A stretch of 54,234 nt of DNA, from positions 1 to 54,234 of the forward strand of contig CBDUGV010000005.1 in the NCBI GenBank assembly GCA_965366815.1, written 5' to 3'. The notes beneath the pieces are model-generated. The model was not told the origin of the DNA. It was given only the letters and a program-made list of their open reading frames with translations, and did not search any database. The translations under genes and the position numbers were made by a program. This DNA comes from an uncultured Bdellovibrionales bacterium (GTDB taxonomy: Bacteria; Bdellovibrionota_C; UBA2361; SZUA-149). Each line of letters opens with the position of its first letter. Positions within the stretch are counted from its first letter, which is position 1. Shown in pieces: positions 1 to 10,268 of the stretch.

Positions 1-1
1 C

Positions 2-2254
2 GAGTCATACGAGTCGCGCTTTACCCGACAAGCTCAACAGATCAACCAGATTTCCCACCCCAACGTTCTAAACCTGCTCGACTACGGTGTGCACAACGGA
101 CAGCCGTATCTTGTTATTCGCAACCTCGAAGGCATGAACATCCGAGATGCGCTCGTCGCAGACGGCCCCATGCCGGTATCGCGAGTCATTGAGCTCCTGC
201 ATCAGATCAGCGACGCGATTGCTGCTGGTCACCAAGTCGGTATTAATCACGGCGGGCTCACTTCAGATTCGGTGTATTTAGTACGAGACTTCTCTGGTGC
301 AGAGCAAGCCTACGTAATGGACTTTGGCCTGTCGCGTTTGCTTACCGGCGAAGATGCCGGTGGTACAATGACTCAATCGGGTCAAATTATTGGCAGCCCG
401 GAATACATGTCTCCCGAGCAGATTCGTGGAGAAGACGTAGATTTACATAGCGACATCTATTCTTTGGCCATTGTTGTGTTCGAAATGATAACCGGGAAAG
501 TGCCTTTTCCGATGGAGTCGGCGAGCGCAGAAGGTATCATGGATGTCTTGATGCGGCAGGCGACCGAACCTCCCCCAACGGTCCGAAGCATAGCCGGCGA
601 CGCGGAGATTCCTGAAGAATTTGACGCAGCGGTACTTAAAGCTCTCTCGAAAAGTCCGGCGGCACGACCAGATTCGGTGCTAAGTTTTGCAAAGCTACTC
701 GAGGAATCGGCATCAGCTATTACCTTTCAGCTACCTGGTAGTCAGCCTGACCTCTTGCTGGACGAAGCAGAGGACACGAGTGGGCAGGTTGAGAGTGATC
801 CCTTTGCAGCTGAAGATTCTGCTACAGAAGATGCGACAGATCTCGCCGAGGAAATCAGTCGCCAAGTTGACGAATTCGCCGTTCCAAGCGACGAAGGCCC
901 AACTATGCACGCCACTGATACCCTGGCAGACGATACTCTCGGGTTTGAACTGGAAGAAGATTCCGTAAGTACATCACTTGCGCAACCAACTCCGTATAGT
1001 GAAGAAGAGCCATTGCTCGAAACGGCCAAGGAGGTCTCACCGTTTGACTCTCCGAGCTTAGAGCTTGATGAGCCCGAAGATCCTTTCTCGGCAGCTGATA
1101 CACTTGAGGCAGATGCCCCGCCAAAACCAGTTAAGATGCGCCGAACCGCGATAATTACCGACCCTTCATATCCGAATCTTCCCGAAGATCATGGCAAGGC
1201 CAATCCGCTGACTGATTCGGCGTTTGCGAAACCTTCCCGAGAGGAGGAGGATCCAACCAGAGAGCTGGCACCTGAGGGTCAGCAAGAAACTGACTCTCTC
1301 TTGTTTGGCAGTGACGATCTAGATCCGTTTAGCTCGGCAAGCGACCCATTTGCCGATGTGGCTTCCTCGCAGGATGAAACGCTAGAGGATCCACTCTCCG
1401 CGTTCTCACCAGGGGACCGACCATCGACAATGTTTGATGAAACAACACAGTCCTTTGGTGACATGGGAGGTGAAGCCGACTCTGACGAGTTTATGTTCCC
1501 ACGCAGCGGGAGCGAATCAGATGAGAAAGAAGAACTCACTCAGATGGATTTATCTGAAGCCACTGAGCAACTCTTGGGCTCCCCTTCTCGTCGAGGCCCC
1601 TCGAAACTATTACTCAGAGTCGGAGCTGGGGCGCTTGTTCTCGTTGCGCTTGGGTTTGCCTGGATGACTATGAACAAGGCTGATCCGAAACCAGATACGC
1701 CATTTGCGATGAACCCAGACGAACCCGGTGGAATGGCTGGGCCCGATGATCCAGAGACACTCGCAGCGGGGCAGGAAGATCCCTCCGCGCAAACTGATCC
1801 AACTGGGCAAACTGATCCAACTGGGCAAACAGGTGATCCAGGGCAGGTTGCGACAGAGGATCCCGCTAAAATCGGTTCCGTTGACTTACAGAAAATCTTG
1901 CTCGCATCAGTTGCGGGGCGCGATCTGCAAGAACAGTATATGGCTCGCTATAAAGAAGTGTATAACCTTCCCGACTCAAAGAACCAGCTCGAGCGACTGC
2001 ACCGGGCCAATACACGGGTAGTTGGTGAATATCTCAAGGAACTCAGAAGAACTATCCAGGATTTTGGCAGAGCCAACGGCTACACCATTATAATTGGAAG
2101 CGATGGCAGCCTTGCGAACGCCCCTTTTATCGATGACGCAATTGCCGAATCCCAAGCTTCTGGCCTCTTGGCTTCAGCCAAAGAAGCACAGCAGGTCGAC
2201 GACCTCAACGAGCTAGTTCTGGCCGAATACAATCAGATGTTCTCCGAGCAGTAG
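2..2254 (+). CDS. Ser/Thr kinase-like (probable pseudokinase) with acidic linker, TM helix and C-terminal OmpH/Skp-like domain; 5'-truncated by the window edge
   Basis: Frame is open from base 2 (ESYESRFTRQAQQINQISHPNVLNLLDYG). DFG, GSPEYMSPEQ and DIYSL motifs are present but the catalytic loop reads HGGLTSDS. TM LLLRVGAGALVLVALGFAWM. C-terminus KIGSVDLQKIL...GYTIII...DLNELVL resembles Skp. Confidence 0.8.
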   Translation, partial: ESYESRFTRQAQQINQISHPNVLNLLDYGVHNGQPYLVIRNLEGMNIRDALVADGPMPVSRVIELLHQISDAIAAGHQVGINHGGLTSDSVYLVRDFSGAEQAYVMDFGLSRLLTGEDAGGTMTQSGQIIGSPEYMSPEQIRGEDVDLHSDIYSLAIVVFEMITGKVPFPMESASAEGIMDVLMRQATEPPPTVRSIAGDAEIPEEFDAAVLKALSKSPAARPDSVLSFAKLLEESASAITFQLPGSQPDLLLDEAEDTSGQVESDPFAAEDSATEDATDLAEEISRQVDEFAVPSDEGPTMHATDTLADDTLGFELEEDSVSTSLAQPTPYSEEEPLLETAKEVSPFDSPSLELDEPEDPFSAADTLEADAPPKPVKMRRTAIITDPSYPNLPEDHGKANPLTDSAFAKPSREEEDPTRELAPEGQQETDSLLFGSDDLDPFSSASDPFADVASSQDETLEDPLSAFSPGDRPSTMFDETTQSFGDMGGEADSDEFMFPRSGSESDEKEELTQMDLSEATEQLLGSPSRRGPSKLLLRVGAGALVLVALGFAWMTMNKADPKPDTPFAMNPDEPGGMAGPDDPETLAAGQEDPSAQTDPTGQTDPTGQTGDPGQVATEDPAKIGSVDLQKILLASVAGRDLQEQYMARYKEVYNLPDSKNQLERLHRANTRVVGEYLKELRRTIQDFGRANGYTIIIGSDGSLANAPFIDDAIAESQASGLLASAKEAQQVDDLNELVLAEYNQMFSEQ
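1789..1830 (+). repeat. 18-bp in-frame tandem repeat GCAAACTGATCCAACTGG x2.3 (QTDPTG repeats)
   Basis: Two exact copies at 1789-1806 and 1807-1824 plus a partial third. Confidence 0.9.
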
Positions 2255-2288
2255 GCCCTGCAACTTCGCCGATAAAATGAATTCGGTT

Positions 2289-2675
2289 CTATCGCGTCGA
2301 ATATAGACGCTCCCTACGCCAAGCAAGAAGTGCCAATACCCAAATCGGAAACTCTATCGCGACTACGTAGAAGAGATAGTTCCCCTCGACACCATCAACG
2401 CTTGCACCATAAACCCTCCCAGCGAGCAACCCTGACGAAGTCAGCAGTACAAGGAGTAAGGCCCCTGGGCGAAGTTCACTTCGATACAGCGCTACTAGGA
2501 GAAATACTCCTAGACCAATCTCCAAGCCACCGTAGAAAGAGCGAATCTCCATGGTTGCCGTTGGTCCAGAAATGAGCAGCCCGGCGTTTTCCAAAAAAGA
2601 TGGATTAAAAAATAACAAGATCCCGAACAAAAGATAGAGCAGGCCGCTCAAACCAAGTGTTATGTTCCCTAGCAC
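2289..2675 (-). CDS. Small integral membrane protein, DUF4345-like
   Basis: About 4 hydrophobic helices; EIRSFYGGLEIGLG and GRxxG-type motifs typical of DUF4345. Confidence 0.7.
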   Translation of the reverse strand: MLGNITLGLSGLLYLLFGILLFFNPSFLENAGLLISGPTATMEIRSFYGGLEIGLGVFLLVALYRSELRPGALLLVLLTSSGLLAGRVYGASVDGVEGNYLFYVVAIEFPIWVLALLAWRRERLYSTR

Positions 2676-2729
2676 AATTCAGTCCTCTTCACCCTTGGGG
2701 CTGCGACACTGCCGTGCTGGGGCAAGCGC

Positions 2730-4409
2730 CTACTCGTCAGTGACGCAACCGTTGCTCGCCGATGTCACATTCTTGATGTACTTGAACAGAGTTCCGCGCT
2801 GAGCTTTGTAGGGAGGCATTGTCCATGACTACCTTCGCTCAGCCAACTCTGTGTCGGAGAGATCGACGCTAATCGACCGGCTCTCAGCATCAATGGTCAC
2901 CACATCCCCGTTTTGCAACAGTCCAATCGGTCCGCCATCTTGCGCCTCCGGAGTAATATGGCCGACGATGAACCCATGAGATCCTCCTGAAAATCGACCA
3001 TCAGTAAGCAGGGCAACATCAGAACCAAGCCCTGCTCCGACGATGGCGCTTGTTGGGGTCAACATTTCCGGCATTCCCGGTCCACCCTTCGGTCCCTCGT
3101 AGCGAATTACAACGACATCGCCCTTGGCAATCTTCTCATCCTCGAGCGCATGCAGCATGTCCTCCTCGGAGTCGAACACCTTTGCCGGGCCCGAAAAAGT
3201 TCGCCCTTCTTTCCCTGTAATCTTTGCGACAGCTCCTTCCGGGGCCAAGTTACCTCGGAGAATAGTGATATGTCCGCTCTTCTGAATCGGATCAGACAGA
3301 GGCCGAACCACGTCCTGCCCGTCAGTTAGTCCTGCGGCCTCGGCCAGATTCTCAGCAACGGTCTTTCCAGTTACCGTAAGGCAGTCTCCATCTAGAAGCC
3401 CTTCAGCAAAGAGCATCTTCATTACCGCTGGAACGCCTCCAACATCATAGAGGTCCTCCATCACGTATTTTCCACTCGGCTTTAAATCGGCGAGAAACGG
3501 CACTCGATCGCTGATTCTTTGAAAGTCATCTATCGTCAAAGCCACCCCGACGCTCTTCGCCATGGCGATCAGATGTAGAACGGCATTCGTCGAGCCACCA
3601 AGCGCCATCGTCACAACGATCGCATTCTCGAAGGCGGCAGAAGTCATAATATCGCTGGGCTTGATGTCCTTCTCTAACAACAATCGCATCGCCGCTCCCG
3701 CCTCTCGGCATTCGACGAGCTTTGCCTCCTCTTCTGCCGGTATCGAAGAACTGAGTGGCAGACTCATGCCAAGCGCTTCAATTGCCGAGGCCATAGTATT
3801 GGCAGTATACATCCCGCCACAGGCACCAGCGCCAGGAATGGAACACTTAATGATTTCCTCGCGTTGAGCCTCATCAATCTCGCCAGAGAGGAACTGACCG
3901 TATGCCTGGAAAGCTGAAACAATATCGAGCTTGTTTTTCCCAGCACATCCGGCTCGAATAGTTCCCCCATACACCATCAAAGAGGGACGATTCACCCGAG
4001 CCATTGCCATGATACAACCAGGCATATTCTTATCGCAGCCCGGCAATGCAATGAGTCCGTCATACCACTGACCGCCCATCACAGTTTCGATTGAATCCGC
4101 AATAAGGTCGCGAGACTGAAGCGAATAACTCATCCCTTCAGTCCCCATGGAAATCCCATCGCTCACGCCAATGGTATTAAACCGCATCCCCACCATGTCA
4201 GCGCCCTGCACACCCGCTTTGACCTGCTCAGCCAAATCGAGCAAATGCATATTGCAAGTGTTCCCTTCCCACCACACACTAGCAATCCCAACCTGAGCTT
4301 TATTCATGTCGTCGCTGGTCAGACCGGCGCCATACAACATCGCCTGCGATGCCCCTTGTGACTTAGGCTGCGTAATACGCGAACTATATTTGTTGAGTTT
4401 TTGGCTCAT
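2730..4409 (-). pseudogene. ilvD: Dihydroxy-acid dehydratase with an in-frame TAG at 2829-2831; conserved C-terminus continues to 2730
   Basis: [36 protein letters not shown] and TDGRFSGG motifs. After AERR*, the frame continues [32 protein letters not shown], the usual IlvD tail. Gene identity is secure; pseudogene status is not. Confidence 0.85.
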
Positions 4410-4514
4410 ATCCTCACCGAATTAAGTGACAGAGATGTAATTCAAATAAGCGACGAGGACGGAACTCATACATCCGAGTTCCGTCTCCATCACTTGATTA
4501 GCGGAAGTGTGATT

Positions 4515-7500
4515 CTAATCAACGCTGTAGAGCTTGCCCGCATCGTTGAGATACATATTCCGCATCTCGTCTGCGTTAAAGGGGCGCGATCCAATTCGTC
4601 CAAGCACCGCTATTTGGTTTCCAGTTTCGTCGACTGCTCGATCTCGATCGAGGGGTTTAGAAATCGACATTGCTGGTCCCGTGGTATCTCTCCAGGCGAT
4701 CAGTTTTGGCTTCGGCTCCGGCGAGTATCCGTAATACGTGGGCACTCGCTCTGGATCAGTCAGCTGTATGATCTTCAGACCGTTCTCGCCATCAGCGAGA
4801 TAGGCAAACAGACTCGCATTGGTGGTCGCAATCTTCACATCGTTCAAGTCATTGATGGAGCCGCCAGCAGTATACTTCATGTAGATGCGAGGCTTGTCTG
4901 CCTTCTCAATGTCGACGATAACCAGTCCTTGCTTCCCACCCGCAACGTAGGCGTAGGTTCTCGCAACGTAGACTCCCCGTGCATCTGGAAGCGGAATTGT
5001 CGATTCTGCGATATGCGTTGGATTATCGACATCTGTGATATCCACGACATGCAAGCCACGAGCATCAACCACATAGGCGAAACGGAACTGTACTGCCACT
5101 GAACGAACCTGCTTAAATGGCAACGTCGCTCGGACCTTTGGTCGAAGTGGTTTATCCAAATCGAGAATAACTAACTTATTCTCTGTCCCTACGAAGGCAT
5201 TCGTTCCGGCCAATTGGATATGAGTCGCACCTGCTAAGACACCTTTCTCATTCCAAGTCATCGCACGCTCGAAGAAGTTGTTCCGACGATCCCCGTCTTG
5301 TAGGGTGTCGACGTTAACCGCGATAAGCCCTTCTTCATAATCAGTGATGAACGCGTAATGGAAAATCTTGTGCATTGGCGTCTCGAGATTCTCCGGCAAC
5401 TGCTCTTTAAATGGAGCAACTGGTTGGTTCGTCGGAAGCGCAAATGAAGTCGCGTTCTTCGTGTCAATGTGCGTGTCGTGCCCGAGCGGCGAGAATGGTG
5501 CGGTCACCGATCGTTCCGAGAAGCCTTTGTTCGCAATATTTGCGACATCGTAGGCTCTAAAACCACCGGTCCCCTCCGTGGCATAGAGGTATTCCCCTCG
5601 TAGCTGAACGGTATTGATCGCAGCACTCTGTAAGAACTTCGGAATGATTCCAACACCGACACCGTGATGTCTGCTCACTTGCAGCTCTTTCTCGCGTCCT
5701 TCGTGCTCAGCATACCAATCTGGATAGGCGTACTTGTGGAGGTAGCTTCCAATAACCGCCTGTGGTTCCTCCCACTCGGTCACCTGGATTGCCTCAAAGC
5801 CGTCGTCACCAGTCCCAACATAGGCGTGATATCCCATGAAGTTTACAAAGTTAGTACCTTGAAGCAACAGCTGCGCCATAATCGCGTTGTTGTCGTTCTT
5901 TTTAGAAACGTGGCAATCCGAGCACTGCTTCGTTTCCGTTGTACGAACGGTATGCGGGAAGTGCGGTGCAAACGCTTGAGAGCTATATCCAGCAGCTGAG
6001 GTTGGTGGCTGCTGCACGTAGATTTTCTGTCGATTAATGTCTTGCGAACTCAACACGAGAGCACTCGAGGATCGAATCGGTACAATCTTGCCGTCCTTCG
6101 CTGGACCATGTCGCCCAATCTGAAACATCTGATCCCGCGCAACCTGTGGGTTATAAGTCGCCCAGTTACGGGTCTGCTTCCCATCGTAGTGCTTCGTCTC
6201 TGACTTCCAGTTTGCTTGAATCGGCAAGTGACAACCACCACAACTAGTTGTCCACGAAGTGTGACAGGTGAAACAAGCCATGTCTTCATTGCCGTGTGCC
6301 AGATTGCTTGAGGCTTCACCCACGCCCGCAAAACTAGGTCTGGTCTGATCCGGACCGAGTTTCTTGGTCAGCTTGTGCTGGGCCGCCTTCGGATTGTAAT
6401 CCCTAGAACCCGGCGTCACGACGTCACGCACCTGCTTCACTCGCCACTTCAGCTTCTCATCAAGATGGGAGCGCTGAAACAATTCCCCGCCGATCCAGGT
6501 AAAAGTTGGGTCGCCAAACGGAGTGCGCATCAAACTCAGATCTTCGCCACCATTGCTCCCCGCAGCAGGGCCTGATGTCTTGAGACTGGCGCGCTTAGAG
6601 ACCGTACCATGACAATCCTTACAGCCGATCTGCACTTGCTGTGCAACTTCGCCGTATATATTTCCATCACCATGATTATCCTGTGAGAAGTGGCAATCAG
6701 CACAGTGCATTCCCTTCTCGGCGTGGATATCCATCATGTGAACAGCTTTCTCGAATTTCTTCGGATCATCATGTGAGACCTGACGCCCCTTTCCATCGAG
6801 CAAATTACCCTTGCGGTCTTTCTTGAAGATCGCTCGGAAGTTCCAACCGTGGCCATGATAGTCGGCAAACTGTGTGTTTTTTAGCTTTGGATTTAGCAGA
6901 GAAACGTCCTTGAGGAATTCCTTGTCGGTCCATAAGCCGCGCATTGCCGCTTCTTCGGGGTTGTGATTTATCGAGGCCCACTTCTCTTCGTGGGTTGGAT
7001 ACTTCTGCTCTTTTGGCCACATAAACGGCGCATCAGATTCGTAATCCCACATGATGTAGCCAAGATACGTATTTAGGAACATATTCGGTTGGTGCATATG
7101 ACAGATCATGCACTGCGAAGTCGGAATACCACGAGAGAACTCGTGTTTAATTGGGTGTCCAGACTCATCCTTCGGAATAGTCGGGTCTTTGGAATAGGAC
7201 TTACCGTCATTCCCATAAATCGCATAGGGGCCCGAAGCGTACCAGGTTCGGTCGTTCGCATACACCGTATGACAAGCGGTACAACCACTATTTCGATAAT
7301 CACCCGGATGATCGTTTGAACCCATCATTGACAAATGCGGGTCATTCAATCGTGTTTTATGAATATTGAGAACGGGAATTGCGATTCGCGATCCAGTCCC
7401 TTTACCTCGATTTGACTGAAGCACATCAGGCTTTCCGCCGAGTTCGAATACATTAGGATTTCCAATATCTGGGAACTGTGAGTCGACGTTCTTTCCGCCA

Positions 7501-8279
7501 CGCTCAAAGATTCGAAAAACATCGGTCACCGGGACGGCTTCCCAAGGTGGCATTGGAAGAAGACTCTTAAGTGCACCGCGTGCCTGGGCCTCCGGAGTCG
7601 GATCATCGGTAATTTCTACCGGCTTCCCATCCCTGTCGTAGCCTTCTCCAAGAAAATATTTCTTGTTGGGAAGAATTCCGTTGTTGTACGAGGCACCTCC
7701 CCAGAGCATCGCACTCGTGGTCATTAGACTTTTTCGATTCGCTTCAACTTCTGGTCCATGACAAGCGCCACAGGTATCGGGAGCTACACGCAAATCACCG
7801 GGATTGATGAAGCGAACAAAATCCCAATTCTCTTTCAATATCTTTGTATACGTTCCTTCAGGGTTCGCACTCGTCGGCCACCACTCTGGATGATCGGGAG
7901 CGACGTGCGCCGATGCCTTCGCATCGTCATATGAACCACTTCCCTTTTTGAGACCAGTCGCTCGAACTTTCGGGTCGCCACCGTGACAATTCGCACAACC
8001 CAGTACTACCCCCGGCGTGCTGTGCATCGTCGGCTGGTCAGTCGCGGTATGACAGTCCTGACAACCGATACTCGCTTCGTTCATTTCTTCCACGCTAAGA
8101 CCGCGGACCGGAATATATTTATTCCCTGCTCCGACCTTGGTCGGTGCCGCGTTCCCTTCGTCGGCCAATGCTGGCGTCCCAATCAGGAACGTCATTGCTA
8201 AAAGCATTGTCATCCAAAAAGGCGCAGCCCCTAATACACTTTGGTGCATGGTCTTGTGGCGCTTAATACTGTGGCGCAT
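4515..8279 (-). CDS. Exported decaheme c-type cytochrome with C-terminal LVIVD-repeat beta-propeller (1254 aa)
   Basis: Signal peptide ending PALA. 10 CxxCH motifs (CQDCH, CANCH, CGACH, CTACH, CMICH, CADCH, CKDCH, CFTCH, CGGCH, CSDCH). Repeats such as AYVVDARGLHVVDI, AYVAGGKQGLVIVDI and AYLADGENGLKIIQL. AGGAG RBS. Confidence 0.9.
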   Translation of the reverse strand: MRHSIKRHKTMHQSVLGAAPFWMTMLLAMTFLIGTPALADEGNAAPTKVGAGNKYIPVRGLSVEEMNEASIGCQDCHTATDQPTMHSTPGVVLGCANCHGGDPKVRATGLKKGSGSYDDAKASAHVAPDHPEWWPTSANPEGTYTKILKENWDFVRFINPGDLRVAPDTCGACHGPEVEANRKSLMTTSAMLWGGASYNNGILPNKKYFLGEGYDRDGKPVEITDDPTPEAQARGALKSLLPMPPWEAVPVTDVFRIFERGGKNVDSQFPDIGNPNVFELGGKPDVLQSNRGKGTGSRIAIPVLNIHKTRLNDPHLSMMGSNDHPGDYRNSGCTACHTVYANDRTWYASGPYAIYGNDGKSYSKDPTIPKDESGHPIKHEFSRGIPTSQCMICHMHQPNMFLNTYLGYIMWDYESDAPFMWPKEQKYPTHEEKWASINHNPEEAAMRGLWTDKEFLKDVSLLNPKLKNTQFADYHGHGWNFRAIFKKDRKGNLLDGKGRQVSHDDPKKFEKAVHMMDIHAEKGMHCADCHFSQDNHGDGNIYGEVAQQVQIGCKDCHGTVSKRASLKTSGPAAGSNGGEDLSLMRTPFGDPTFTWIGGELFQRSHLDEKLKWRVKQVRDVVTPGSRDYNPKAAQHKLTKKLGPDQTRPSFAGVGEASSNLAHGNEDMACFTCHTSWTTSCGGCHLPIQANWKSETKHYDGKQTRNWATYNPQVARDQMFQIGRHGPAKDGKIVPIRSSSALVLSSQDINRQKIYVQQPPTSAAGYSSQAFAPHFPHTVRTTETKQCSDCHVSKKNDNNAIMAQLLLQGTNFVNFMGYHAYVGTGDDGFEAIQVTEWEEPQAVIGSYLHKYAYPDWYAEHEGREKELQVSRHHGVGVGIIPKFLQSAAINTVQLRGEYLYATEGTGGFRAYDVANIANKGFSERSVTAPFSPLGHDTHIDTKNATSFALPTNQPVAPFKEQLPENLETPMHKIFHYAFITDYEEGLIAVNVDTLQDGDRRNNFFERAMTWNEKGVLAGATHIQLAGTNAFVGTENKLVILDLDKPLRPKVRATLPFKQVRSVAVQFRFAYVVDARGLHVVDITDVDNPTHIAESTIPLPDARGVYVARTYAYVAGGKQGLVIVDIEKADKPRIYMKYTAGGSINDLNDVKIATTNASLFAYLADGENGLKIIQLTDPERVPTYYGYSPEPKPKLIAWRDTTGPAMSISKPLDRDRAVDETGNQIAVLGRIGSRPFNADEMRNMYLNDAGKLYSVD

Positions 8280-8289
8280 GGTCGTTCTC

Positions 8290-10257
8290 CTAGTAGAACA
8301 GAATCAGATCAGCAAAGAACTGGTAGTACGTCTTATCCCCAAACAACCCCTTCACCCCATCTCCGGGGAGCAAATTGGAATAACCCAATTCAATTTGAAC
8401 ATTGTTGGTGAGTAAGGGGCGAAACTTAATAACTGAAGAAATATCGAGTCCGATGTCTCGGCTCACTGAATTCGTTTGTCGTGCCACTTGCAGCGGTGCC
8501 GTCGTATCAAATCTCAACCAGTTGACGTTGGTCTCCCAAATCGTCTTCGGCGTTAGATCTACATCTACCCCGACGTTAAAGATCAATAATCCAGGGTTCA
8601 CGAAGTTGCGCTGACCTTGGGCGCGCCCACCGCCAAGGTCAGGTATCGGGGTTCCACGATCGACCAACGGTACGGTTCCGCCACCGATAAATGGTATTCC
8701 TTGGCGCTGCCAGAGCGTGTTCTCTCCCCCAGCAAAGTTGGGATTATCAAATACGGTTGCCCAGCCTTCTGCCTTGTCGTCAAAGGGATCATCATCACCA
8801 CTTGCATACAAGAACGAAACTTTCGGACGAATCCAGTCGATATCGACTGAGAGTTCGAGCGCAGCAAAGTAAGCGTTAATATCGGTGCTTTGGTCAGCGA
8901 AGTTGTTATTGCTTTCTCCCCCGAAGGTCCAATACATCGACGAATTCACATTCAACCGACCAAAGTGCCCATCGGTGTTAAAGCCAAGATAGTAGTTCTC
9001 AATACTTTTCGGCTTTTCGTTTCCGATCGCAGCTGGGGTCGTCAGAAAATTATTGTCGTCGTAATTGTCTCCACGACTATCGAACTGATCATTGCGATAG
9101 AGGAAAACAAAATTAAGCGTATGCCCCTTGGCAATAATATCTTGCCAATACAAGTTCGTTAACCAGACGTCTTCGCGTTTGGACCGAAGCAGAATTGGCA
9201 GGAGCGCATTTGCGTCCAACTGCAAACGGTGGAAAAAGGCAGCGTTCCACTGAATCTTGTTGTTGTCCCAGTTCCCAAAGAACCGCACACCAGGCTGAGT
9301 CTCATTCAAGAGAAAGCCTCTGAAGTCTGCGTTAAAAGGCTGCACCCCAGCTTTCACCGAAACAAAGTCATAGCGATCGCTGATATCACCAAGGTGAATA
9401 TCGACCAGCGCTTCGGCTAGCGAAAAGTGGGCATCCTTACGACTACTTCCTCGAGAAGGATCGGCCCGCACTACTCCGTTTTCTTCAACGTCTGCATAGT
9501 TAAAATTGATAATCGGAGCTATCGCGAACTCATAGTCGGGTGGCTTAAAAGTCGTGTTCCCCTTAATCACCGAGGTCTGGAACAAGAGGTTTTGAACAAA
9601 GAAAGTCTGGTCAGGCGAGCCAAAAATATCGTTTCGACCTGCCGCTCGAGTACTCGTAATCGAAGTAGGTGTTGGGAGTCTTCGCCGCTCTAACAGCGTT
9701 TGAGACAAACCAGTTAGCTCAACAAACCAAGGGTCTCCATCTTCACCAAACATCTTAAGGTCACCCTTCCAGATGTTTTGATTGTAGGGATCATACCAAC
9801 GCCCTTTGTAGAGCATGGTCCAGCGGTTCGGAACGGGAAGAAAGCTATTACCTTGATAAGGCAAACGCATAGTCTTGGGACGCAGAATTTCTCGCCGCAC
9901 CGATTCTTCTGGAGTGGTAGCTCCGCCGGAATCTTCTGCAGGCGCTTCCTGACGTTCGCGTCTTCGAGGAGCTTCTGCACCCGGCCGACGTCTGCGAACC
10001 TGGGCGAGACGAATTCGTTCTTCAACGGCAAAGGTCCGAGGCCCGTAGGGCTGAATCGGCGTCCCATCGACACCCAGCAATTCACGCTCGGAATCGAGAA
10101 CTCCAGCATCGAGAGTTCCTAGCTCAAGAGACTGCGGCGTGGGCTCTGCCCAACCAGGCGTGCTCGTCGTTAGCAAGAAAGCACTCAACAGCACACAAGA
10201 CTGCAGGAGCTTAGACCTGAAGAGCCACTTTTCGATTATCATTGGCATGTCGTCCAT
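8290..10257 (-). CDS. Outer-membrane beta-barrel / porin-like protein
   Basis: Signal peptide, many amphipathic strands (YFAALELSVDI, IFNVGVDVDL, VQIELGYSNL), SFLYASGDDDP loop reminiscent of alginate-export barrels, and a terminal aromatic BAM-type signal FFADLILFY. Start placed at ATG 10257 rather than the overlapping ORF start at 10284. Confidence 0.75.
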   Translation of the reverse strand: MDDMPMIIEKWLFRSKLLQSCVLLSAFLLTTSTPGWAEPTPQSLELGTLDAGVLDSERELLGVDGTPIQPYGPRTFAVEERIRLAQVRRRRPGAEAPRRRERQEAPAEDSGGATTPEESVRREILRPKTMRLPYQGNSFLPVPNRWTMLYKGRWYDPYNQNIWKGDLKMFGEDGDPWFVELTGLSQTLLERRRLPTPTSITSTRAAGRNDIFGSPDQTFFVQNLLFQTSVIKGNTTFKPPDYEFAIAPIINFNYADVEENGVVRADPSRGSSRKDAHFSLAEALVDIHLGDISDRYDFVSVKAGVQPFNADFRGFLLNETQPGVRFFGNWDNNKIQWNAAFFHRLQLDANALLPILLRSKREDVWLTNLYWQDIIAKGHTLNFVFLYRNDQFDSRGDNYDDNNFLTTPAAIGNEKPKSIENYYLGFNTDGHFGRLNVNSSMYWTFGGESNNNFADQSTDINAYFAALELSVDIDWIRPKVSFLYASGDDDPFDDKAEGWATVFDNPNFAGGENTLWQRQGIPFIGGGTVPLVDRGTPIPDLGGGRAQGQRNFVNPGLLIFNVGVDVDLTPKTIWETNVNWLRFDTTAPLQVARQTNSVSRDIGLDISSVIKFRPLLTNNVQIELGYSNLLPGDGVKGLFGDKTYYQFFADLILFY

Positions 10258-10268
10258 TTGACTGTTCC

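Noticed and set aside
2730-2831. Genome-wide TAG reassignment or pyrrolysine
   Set aside because: glyQS, pilC, rsmE, ccmF and ilvD itself end at TAG at their expected termini; no other interrupted gene or pyl gene is seen.
4401-5102. 233-aa plus-strand ORF and the many other short overlapping ORFs in the track
   Set aside because: They are antisense or alternate-frame shadows of well-supported genes, with no recognisable motifs.
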